Below, piece by piece: positions 16,474 to 24,000 of a DNA stretch of 24,000 nt (the stretch's first letter is position 1; each line of letters begins with the position of its first letter). Both the position numbers and the translations under genes were made by a program. Source of the stretch: Candidatus Bathyarchaeota archaeon. Its GTDB lineage: Archaea; Thermoproteota; Bathyarchaeia; Bathyarchaeales; Bathycorpusculaceae. The notes under the pieces are model-generated. The model worked only from the letters and a program-made list of their open reading frames with translations. It was not told where the DNA came from and did not search any database. The stretch lies in assembly GCA_030607735.1 (NCBI GenBank), contig JAUWJK010000013.1:1-24000 (forward strand). Reading direction: 5' to 3'.

Positions 16474-19400
16474 TCACTTTTTAATTAAAAGTTTTTTGAT
16501 TGTTTGCAGAAGTTGATTATTTTTTGCGTAAGTTATTGTCAGATAAGCTATACAAGTTGTTAAAGTTAACAGAGATATTGTTAAACCGTAATTAAACAAT
16601 TTTTGAGGTTCATATTCTAATGTAATTTCTAAAAGACCTGTCTGGTTTATGTAAAAACCATTAACATAACCGTAGGTTGGAATTGAGTTGTAGATCTCAT
16701 TTGAAGTTTGTGCGAGCCAGTTTTGATCATATGGAGCGGCAAAGACTAGCAGAAATGGGGAGGATGCATTAACTTTTACCTGCCAATAAGCGGGGTTTTC
16801 TTGCTTGTATTCAAGTATATCGACCTTTTCCACCCTCGATATAAGGATGTCCTCAAGTGATTTGTCCTGAGGACCAGTATGAACCCATATACTGCGAATG
16901 TGCGCCTCGCTCAACGCTTCAATCTCAAGGTGTTGACTTCCATTGCTTAAGAGAACAGAACCGATTTCAACAAGTTCATATTTGTCCGAGTTTATTGTGA
17001 AGGTTTGGTCAGATATTTTCAGCTGGATGTTTCCCAGCACTTCTGCCGAAATTTTATAGGTACCTTCTTTGAGTACAATTAAATTCTTTTCAGCACTCGT
17101 GTTTGGTTCAAGGATCAGCTCATTTGAATCTTGCTGTGGAGTAATTGATACTTGACCAAACCAACTAGTCGCATTACCATTTGCTTCGTCCAAAACCCAA
17201 CCAGCATTTAAAGCCACCCTCAATTTAGAAATATTCTCGTCCACAGCTAAAACAGCCTCAAAGGATTTCCAATCAAAAGACCCGTCTTGCCCACTTGGTA
17301 CTTGGACAAGCTGAACCCACTCATCTGAAGTAACATTAAACCCTTCAACAACAACATGAGAAGATTTGGCGTTCTCTTGTTTTAAACTAGTCATCACCAA
17401 ATATTTCTCCCCTGTATTGACAGGCACTTCTAAACTCCTTATCCAACTCCAACTCGCTGAATTAATATCAGTAGTTACCCTAAACGAAGTTCCCTGAACT
17501 GCTTCATTTTCAACCACAGCAGAAAAACCAGCAGCCGGATCAGACCAGTACTGTGAACTTATTGGAAGAGTATATTCTGAATCTTTTGGAGATGTTTGTA
17601 GATAGTTGGTTTGCTTCAAACTATTTGGTTCAATTAGATATATTATTGATGATTCTTGTAGCACAGAAGTTGCTTTATTAATTTGATCTTTAGTTATTAA
17701 GAGAATTTCATCAACGTAGTTTTCCCCATCTATATTTGAAAATGTCAATGTGTTTAATTGTGGAGAGACTTCGTCATATAATTTGATCCATTCAAGATTA
17801 AAAGCGGGTGAGAAGGTAGTTATATTTTCTGCTTGTTCATCATTTAGCCTGAATGTCATAATTCCTCCATTTTCCCACTTTAGGGTTTTCACCCATATCT
17901 CCGAAACAGCATTTGTTTCGAATGAAATTTCTAGCTGGCTTTGGGTTTTGGAAAAAGCCCCATTATTAATAGTTGAAGCAAAAAGATAGTTATACCAAAA
18001 CCAGTTCTTGCTATTTATCCACCCGATTTTTGCATCGATTTCTGTTGCGTAATTACCCGGGTCTATTTTTGTACCCGTTATTATTGATGTTAGATCAGAT
18101 CCGTCTTTAACTATAAAGATAGGCGTGTCAGTTTCAAGTGCTGTCAAGTCAGTTAAATAAGCAATGTTTGTTAAGTTCGTAACCTTTGCCAACTGGTTTA
18201 ATGTTGACAGGTCTTTTGTTCCATAGATTATTGTTGTTGGCGAATATACAAAGTTGGCTGGATTTGTATTTTGATATAGACTAAAGTTGGCTGTTTCATT
18301 TTCGAGTTTTAGGTCGTTCTGTATTGCAACAAAGTCTTTTTCTACGTTTGTTTTCCACATTTCAGTAAGTTCAGGATATAAACCCAAAGGCACGTAAAAT
18401 GGATATTGTGTTTCAAAATCATTTCTCGAAATCACATACTCAGTGGCATATGGACTTATCAAATTTCCAAATTGTTGAGTTTTATTTTCGTGTATTGTAG
18501 ATGTTAGAAACATAACTAGCCTGGAAAATGGGTTAGAGGGGTTAATGTGTTGGGGAAATGTTGGTTTTGAAGAATATGAAATTAGTGGATCGACACCAGC
18601 AAGTGTTTTACTATCATATTTTATTGGCGCAAGAGAGGGCAGCCACAAGAGTCGGTATGGGTTTTCATCGTTTTGAAAACTTTGAACAAGACTTTTGTAG
18701 TCTTCGTCAAAAGAGTAAGTTTGCATATATCCAGCAAAGTTCCCAAGTAATAGTGGATAGCCGTTTGAGACAATTATTATCAATATTAAGGCTAAAACAA
18801 AACTCTTGAATTGATTAGATCTTTTACCAATCTTCTTAGTTACTTCATCAAAGAATATGGAAATTAAGATAGTGTATGAAAAAAAAACTAAGAAGGCTAT
18901 ATGCCAGATTTCTCTGAAAATTATTAGAGGAGTATATTGGAAGGCAAGGATGAAAATGTTCTCAAATGGGGGATTTATGCCTTTAGAAAGAAAAATTCCA
19001 AGTATTGCAATTGCGCTAAATCCAATGGTATACTTATTTCTTTTCACCATCAACACAAAGAACGCCATTATAGGCATCAAAAAGTTTGTATAAAACAGCC
19101 ATTGCGGCATTATTCCTTGTGTAACGAGTTGGGTGTAACTATAAGGTTGAGTAGCATATCCGATCACTCGTATGCTTTCAAGCAACGTGGGTGAGGAAAT
19201 TATTTCATGGTAAGCAAGGAAAAATTGCGTAGAGATAGATGCAGAAACCGTTGTTAGCATTAGGGGCAGTATCCATGGCAAATGCATAAGGAACCCAATT
19301 GTTAGTGTTAACATTAGAATAACCGAGTTACTCTTCAATTTTTTAAGATCAAATAATATTAATGGCAATAAAATTAGGAACCCCATAACAAAAAATTGTA

Positions 19401-19998
19401 TTTGCGTTCCCATGATGGCGAATATGAAACCAGCGACTATTGAAAACTTTAAGCGATTTTTTACATCTTTTTGTGCTTTGATAAACGCTACAAGCAATAA
19501 GGGAGCTAAGGAATAGCCGAGTAAATAATAGATGTGCCCTGCTATGGCTCTGGTGAATATTATTGGCGAGAAAAGAAAAATCAAACCTGCTAGTAAGGAT
19601 GAAAGATAGCTTAGTTTTATTGTTCTTCCAAAATAAAACATAGAAAAACCGCTTAATGTGATAAAAAAGAGTAACAATCCCTTTGAGATTATTTCGCCCC
19701 CAAAAAAAGCAAAGGGAACCAATAAAATGCGAAACATCCAATCAGAAGGATAGATTTTGTTTCCTATAGTTAAATCATAAAGCTGCAGGCCATCAAAAGA
19801 ATATTTGGCATTCAATTCAGGAAAAGGACCGACAGGCCAATCATGGTACAAACCTATAGTACCTGAACTAACCATAATGTTTCTAGTGACAAAAAACGCC
19901 ACCAACAAAAATATTAGAAAAAAGAAATAGTTTGATCTAATCCAAGGAAATCTTTCAAATAAAAAAGAAAAGTATTTTTGGATATTAAGAAATTTCAA
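16474..19998 (-). CDS. Very large GT-C/YfhO-like membrane protein: N-terminal polytopic domain, about 600 aa extracytoplasmic beta-rich region, C-terminal TM
   Basis: 1174 aa. About a dozen TM segments in the first 480 aa with an acidic first loop (GLYHDWPVGPFPELNAKY); multiple beta-sandwich-like segments; YfhO-like C-terminus (SPFLLVFAAPYDQNWLAQTSNEI...YVNGFYINQTGLLEITLEYEPQKLFNYGLTISLLTLTTCIAYL). Confidence 0.75.
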   Translation of the reverse strand: MKFLNIQKYFSFLFERFPWIRSNYFFFLIFLLVAFFVTRNIMVSSGTIGLYHDWPVGPFPELNAKYSFDGLQLYDLTIGNKIYPSDWMFRILLVPFAFFGGEIISKGLLLFFITLSGFSMFYFGRTIKLSYLSSLLAGLIFLFSPIIFTRAIAGHIYYLLGYSLAPLLLVAFIKAQKDVKNRLKFSIVAGFIFAIMGTQIQFFVMGFLILLPLILFDLKKLKSNSVILMLTLTIGFLMHLPWILPLMLTTVSASISTQFFLAYHEIISSPTLLESIRVIGYATQPYSYTQLVTQGIMPQWLFYTNFLMPIMAFFVLMVKRNKYTIGFSAIAILGIFLSKGINPPFENIFILAFQYTPLIIFREIWHIAFLVFFSYTILISIFFDEVTKKIGKRSNQFKSFVLALILIIIVSNGYPLLLGNFAGYMQTYSFDEDYKSLVQSFQNDENPYRLLWLPSLAPIKYDSKTLAGVDPLISYSSKPTFPQHINPSNPFSRLVMFLTSTIHENKTQQFGNLISPYATEYVISRNDFETQYPFYVPLGLYPELTEMWKTNVEKDFVAIQNDLKLENETANFSLYQNTNPANFVYSPTTIIYGTKDLSTLNQLAKVTNLTNIAYLTDLTALETDTPIFIVKDGSDLTSIITGTKIDPGNYATEIDAKIGWINSKNWFWYNYLFASTINNGAFSKTQSQLEISFETNAVSEIWVKTLKWENGGIMTFRLNDEQAENITTFSPAFNLEWIKLYDEVSPQLNTLTFSNIDGENYVDEILLITKDQINKATSVLQESSIIYLIEPNSLKQTNYLQTSPKDSEYTLPISSQYWSDPAAGFSAVVENEAVQGTSFRVTTDINSASWSWIRSLEVPVNTGEKYLVMTSLKQENAKSSHVVVEGFNVTSDEWVQLVQVPSGQDGSFDWKSFEAVLAVDENISKLRVALNAGWVLDEANGNATSWFGQVSITPQQDSNELILEPNTSAEKNLIVLKEGTYKISAEVLGNIQLKISDQTFTINSDKYELVEIGSVLLSNGSQHLEIEALSEAHIRSIWVHTGPQDKSLEDILISRVEKVDILEYKQENPAYWQVKVNASSPFLLVFAAPYDQNWLAQTSNEIYNSIPTYGYVNGFYINQTGLLEITLEYEPQKLFNYGLTISLLTLTTCIAYLTITYAKNNQLLQTIKKLLIKK

Positions 19999-20000
19999 TT

Positions 20001-21164
20001 TTAGATTTCACTCTTATTTAATGACAGCATTATATTCAACTCTTTTTCTGCAATATCATGCCAATCATATTTTTTAATGAAAGAAATTCCAAATCGTGAC
20101 AACTTTTCTCTCTGTTGATGATCGTTTAATAGTTTCAGTATTTTTGCGGCAAATACCTTTTTGTTACCTTTGGGGACCCATACTACTTTGTTTTCCCAGA
20201 TTGATTTTATTTCTGGTAAGTCATAACAAAGGACAGGGATTCCTGCTGCCATGGCTTCCCCTATTACAATTCCCCAATTTTCTTCATAACTTGGTAAAGC
20301 GAACAACTTGCTAGAAGCTATTAACAAAAATTTCTGTGAGAAACTATAAACTGGACCTAAAAAATCCACATTTTTTTCAAGGTGATAACTATTGACCAAG
20401 CTTCTGAGTTTAGTCATTATATCTTCTGTCCCAAGTCCGATCATTCCGAGTTTCGCGTCTTTTCTTACGTTAGTTACTTCTTTCCATATTTCGATCATAT
20501 CAAAAACACCTTTTGTACTGTTAAATCTCTTCATGAAAAGAGTATCATATTTCGAAATAGGACCCCGAGATACAACTTCACTTATTTTTTTGAAATCCAC
20601 TCCTGCAAAAACTGGATAAACGTTATTTTTTATCCCAATATTTTCAATTTGTTTAGCAGTATTTTTTGAGACTGCAAGAACTACATCAGCTCTATTTTTG
20701 ATATAATTAAAACCCAACCTTTGATTAGCATAGAAGAACATACTATTTAGTAAATTATTACCTGTTCTATGAAAAGGGGCCACAAAATGAACAACCGCAG
20801 CCCAAATACTATTATTGTTTTTCTTTTTGATTCTTAAAGCTGGAATAACATCATAGATGTGTTCAGAGGTGGAATATATTATTCCCTTAAAATCATGCAA
20901 GGTTTTAGGCAATAACCAAGACTTCAAAAATCTAACGGCGTAATTCTTAAGAGAATGAGAATTGGGGACATGAAAAATATGAAAAACAGATTTGAGACCC
21001 ATTCTTCTGCATAAAGTTACTCCTGCAATTGATGTAAATACATGAATATGATGACCTGCTAATTGCCAATTTTTTGCAAGTTCAATTGCTCTAACATCAC
21101 CTCCGCTTATTCCAGGTGCACCGTTTACAGAACCAATCCCGTTCATAACAAGCAATATATTCAA
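20001..21164 (-). CDS. Glycosyltransferase family 4 (GT-B fold)
   Basis: N-terminal NGIGSVNGAPGISGGDVRAIELAKNWQLAGHHIHVFTS; C-terminal LLIASSKLFALPSYEENWGIVIGEAMAAGIPVLCYDLPEIKSIW, the E-x7-E-type GT4 motif. Confidence 0.92.
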   Translation of the reverse strand: MNILLVMNGIGSVNGAPGISGGDVRAIELAKNWQLAGHHIHVFTSIAGVTLCRRMGLKSVFHIFHVPNSHSLKNYAVRFLKSWLLPKTLHDFKGIIYSTSEHIYDVIPALRIKKKNNNSIWAAVVHFVAPFHRTGNNLLNSMFFYANQRLGFNYIKNRADVVLAVSKNTAKQIENIGIKNNVYPVFAGVDFKKISEVVSRGPISKYDTLFMKRFNSTKGVFDMIEIWKEVTNVRKDAKLGMIGLGTEDIMTKLRSLVNSYHLEKNVDFLGPVYSFSQKFLLIASSKLFALPSYEENWGIVIGEAMAAGIPVLCYDLPEIKSIWENKVVWVPKGNKKVFAAKILKLLNDHQQREKLSRFGISFIKKYDWHDIAEKELNIMLSLNKSEI

Positions 21165-21320
21165 TTATTCAGGCACCCTAGATTTCAATAAGTAGTTTTA
21201 GAATAATAAATAGAAACACATTTTTATAAATAATTTCAAATTTAAAATTGTTAAAATTTTTCATGATTTTATATCTTAATGTAGTTGTTCCTTTCATATC
21301 ATTCGCTAAAAAGTTAATAA

Positions 21321-22139
21321 TCACCTATTAATCTCCGCTATTAGAAAACCTAGTCCAGCAGCAGAATACCTAACTGTTTGATAAACAACAAAACCTATTA
21401 ATAAAATTGGATGTTTCGCAAAATTGGTCAGATTTCTCAATATTGCTGGTCGCAAAGGACTGATTTGTCGTTTTCCCAGATCAGGATTGGCATCAAGAAA
21501 ATTTTTCACCGTTTTGCCATAATAGTAATGTTTAGCAGCGATTTCTGCCAAATTCATTGGCTCACCTATATGGATTTCTTTGGAGGTTAAAAATCCAATC
21601 TTGAAATCATTACTAATTAGCTTGTTTTGCAAATCATAATCTTCAGCCACAACTAAACTTTCATTGAAACCCCCAATTAATTCAAAGACTTTTTTTCTTA
21701 AAAAACGTGCTGCTACATTCAAATTATCATGCTCATAACAATCTCTCTCTATCTTTCTTACTCTAGCCCAGAAACTAATAGTTGGATCAGAAGTATTATG
21801 AATACAAATGGCATCAAAGCCTTCTTTCTCACATTTTCCGACGGCTTCTTCAATAACTTGCGATTCTATAATGAAATCTGATCCAATATAATAGATATAT
21901 TTACCCCTCGCATGCTTGACACCAAAATTTACCTGGCTACTTCGCTCTGGCCCTTTTACCAAGATTAAATCGGCATTCTTGTTCGCTATTTCTTTGGTTT
22001 TGTCAAGTGAATAGTTGTCTATGACGATAATCTCTATATTTGAATAGCTTTGCGCTTTTACGGATTTCAAACATCTCTCCAAGAAACGTTCTGAATTAAA
22101 CGTTGGAACAACTACAGAAACCAGTGGTTTATTAGTCAT
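21321..22139 (-). CDS. Glycosyltransferase family 2 (GT-A fold)
   Basis: VSVVVPTFNSERFLERCLKSVKAQSYSNIEIIVIDNYSLDKTKEIA; KYIYYIGSDFIIE; GGFNESLVVAEDYDLQNKLI. Confidence 0.93.
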   Translation of the reverse strand: MTNKPLVSVVVPTFNSERFLERCLKSVKAQSYSNIEIIVIDNYSLDKTKEIANKNADLILVKGPERSSQVNFGVKHARGKYIYYIGSDFIIESQVIEEAVGKCEKEGFDAICIHNTSDPTISFWARVRKIERDCYEHDNLNVAARFLRKKVFELIGGFNESLVVAEDYDLQNKLISNDFKIGFLTSKEIHIGEPMNLAEIAAKHYYYGKTVKNFLDANPDLGKRQISPLRPAILRNLTNFAKHPILLIGFVVYQTVRYSAAGLGFLIAEINR

Positions 22140-23220
22140 CGGTTGTTCCTTCTAGAATTTTTATAAAATGTTCTGCTGATTTGTCCCAGCTAAATTCTTT
22201 TGCACGTTTAAAAGCATTTTTGCCTAGATCCATTCTTAAATTTTCGTTTTCTAAAACGGATATTAACGCTTTTGCTAACTCACTGATATTTCCATTTTCA
22301 ACTAGGATTCCAGTTTTTCCATCGTGGATACTATCTCTTAATCCTGCCACGTTATAACCTATCGCTGGTGTTCCACATGCTGCTGCTTCCATAATAGTCA
22401 TACCCCAACCCTCAACCATCGATGTACTTACAATTGTCCAAGAAGTTTTCATGAGTTGGATCTTTTCTTTTTCTCCAATTCTACCAGTGAAGACAACATT
22501 TCTTAAACCTATATTTCTACTCTTTTCTTTTACTTGTTCGATATAATCACCGTCTCCAACAATCAGCAGGTCTGCATTGGAGATTTTTGCTTTCACAAGT
22601 TTAAAAGCTGATAAAAGATCAGAAACTCTCTTGTAGTGTTTTATTCTTCCAACCCAAAGTATTGTAGGCTTTTTTGTTTTCTCGATAAATCTAAAAGAGT
22701 TTGAATCAACTCCATTAGGAATCACAACTATTCTACTAAAAGGAATATTGAATTGTTCATTCAAAGCATATTTTGTGGATTCAGAGACCGCTATTAGTCT
22801 TTTATAAAGAAGTGGAACCAACCTTTCACTTAAGGAAGCAAGTGAAGCAAAAAATGGAGATAATTCAAACCTGAGAATATCCCGATGTAAATGATGGATC
22901 TGACAAATCACTGGTTTTTTCGTGAATAAAGGAGACCCCCAAGGAACAGCATGAGCGATATCGTCTATCACAACATCATAATTTCTTTTCAGCCCCAGTG
23001 ATAACAGAGCTCCAAAATGTACTCCAAATCTACCTCCAAATCTCTTTACTTTAATGCCATCTACATAATCGCTTTTTGGACCTCCCCTCCACCTTTCGCA
23101 AACCAACTCAATTGTAAAACCTTTGCTAACCAATCTTTTTCCAATTTGTTGTATACGAACTTCGGCACCTCCAGATTCTGGATTTAAAGGATCTCTATGA
23201 TTTAGCCAGAGTATCCTCAT
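22132..23220 (-). CDS. Glycosyltransferase family 4 (GT-B fold)
   Basis: Track ORF begins at 23271; ATG ending at 23220 (MRILWLNHRDPLNPESGGAEVRIQQIGKRLVSKG) is the better start. Rossmann half VPVIPNGVD-like IVVIPNGVDSNSF; TILWVGRIKHYKRVSDLLSAFKLV; VSTSMVEGWGMTIMEAAACGTPAIGYNVAGLRDSI. Confidence 0.95.
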   Translation of the reverse strand: MRILWLNHRDPLNPESGGAEVRIQQIGKRLVSKGFTIELVCERWRGGPKSDYVDGIKVKRFGGRFGVHFGALLSLGLKRNYDVVIDDIAHAVPWGSPLFTKKPVICQIHHLHRDILRFELSPFFASLASLSERLVPLLYKRLIAVSESTKYALNEQFNIPFSRIVVIPNGVDSNSFRFIEKTKKPTILWVGRIKHYKRVSDLLSAFKLVKAKISNADLLIVGDGDYIEQVKEKSRNIGLRNVVFTGRIGEKEKIQLMKTSWTIVSTSMVEGWGMTIMEAAACGTPAIGYNVAGLRDSIHDGKTGILVENGNISELAKALISVLENENLRMDLGKNAFKRAKEFSWDKSAEHFIKILEGTTDD

Positions 23221-23236
23221 ATTACTCCACCAAAAA

Positions 23237-23995
23237 CTATTTCGAACTGCATATGCTTTCTGCAAACGCAATTTTTCTGAATCTACTATGATAAATTCGG
23301 AGTTTTAATAAGGATAGAAACATGGCTAAACTGATGCTTGAGAGATTCTTTGTAATTTTGCTTTCATCGTCTGAGTGATGGTATTCTATGCTTATTTCTT
23401 CAATTGAAAAACCGTGATGCAAACTCGCAAGTATAAGATTTATATCGAACACAAAATCTTTGATGAATAATTCAGTGATAACGGCGCTAACAAGCTTTTT
23501 ACTCAAAGCCTTAGCCCCACATTGAGTATCACGAATACCTTTCATCTCCGGAAAAAGACTTTTCGTGATTAGATTAAAGACTCTACTGAAAAAAATCCTA
23601 CGAACGGGCAAGCTATGACTAAAATTAGAGTTTTTGAAATACCGAGACCCCGTGACAAAGTCACAGGACTTCCTAAGAGCTATGAATTTCTTTAATTCTG
23701 ATGGATCCAAAGCACCGTCAGCATCAGTAAAAAAAAGTGTATCCCCTCTAGAGTGCTTAAACGCCTCAATTAATGCTCCTCCCTTGCCAAGTCGCACTGG
23801 AGATATAATAGGTACCAATTGTTTCCAATCTGTTGAAAGATTGAGCACTAATTGGACTGTTTGGTCACTACAAGCATCCATCATTACCATCACTTCATAA
23901 AAGTCCGGGAAAGATTTTTCTAAATATCGCTTCCAACAAATCAACGTATTTTCGATTCGTGACTCCTCATTAAAAGCAGGTATTATTACTGACAA
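23237..23995 (-). CDS. Glycosyltransferase family 2, DPM1/ALG5-like (dolichyl-phosphate sugar synthase-like), 5' end open at window edge
   Basis: SVIIPAFNEESRIENTL; LGKGGALIEAFKHSRGDTLFFTDADGALDPSELKKFI; GSRYF-like; RDTQCGAKALSK. The reading frame continues to the window end (GLSVIIPAF). Confidence 0.92.
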   Translation of the reverse strand: MSVIIPAFNEESRIENTLICWKRYLEKSFPDFYEVMVMMDACSDQTVQLVLNLSTDWKQLVPIISPVRLGKGGALIEAFKHSRGDTLFFTDADGALDPSELKKFIALRKSCDFVTGSRYFKNSNFSHSLPVRRIFFSRVFNLITKSLFPEMKGIRDTQCGAKALSKKLVSAVITELFIKDFVFDINLILASLHHGFSIEEISIEYHHSDDESKITKNLSSISLAMFLSLLKLRIYHSRFRKIAFAESICSSK

Positions 23996-24000
23996 TCCAA

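Noticed and set aside
1-24000. CRISPR arrays, transposons, toxin-antitoxin or phage defence modules
   Set aside because: No regularly spaced direct repeats, transposase or integrase motifs, terminal inverted repeats, or recognisable defence genes were seen.

Overview
AT-rich archaeal chromosomal window. The archaeal assignment is an inference from an aRF1-family release factor, TATA-like promoters, and secreted or membrane surface proteins with Pro/Thr linkers. A Bathyarchaeia-like affiliation is possible but untested. Supported content, left to right: two cell-surface proteins; class I-type hybrid-cluster protein (hcp); a small stand-alone cobalamin-binding-fold protein that has lost the cobalt-ligating His motif; ClpB (minus); a secreted transglutaminase-like protein (minus); an aRF1/eRF1-family protein; an M50 site-2-type metalloprotease with CBS domains; a small membrane protein; a secreted protein with an internally duplicated domain; a Nudix hydrolase plus a small conserved-looking protein; and a minus-strand block of five glycan-synthesis genes (a large GT-C/YfhO-like membrane protein and four GT2/GT4 glycosyltransferases, the last running off the window). 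No tRNA, rRNA, CRISPR array or transposon was recognised. The most notable observation is that the aRF1-family protein has GGS at the GGQ catalytic position, NIKD plus a roughly 5-residue deletion at the NIKS loop, and Val at the Cys of YxCxxxF. This suggests a non-canonical release factor paralog. The next best are the His-less corrinoid-like protein and a GC-rich hairpin-forming element between clpB and the transglutaminase gene.
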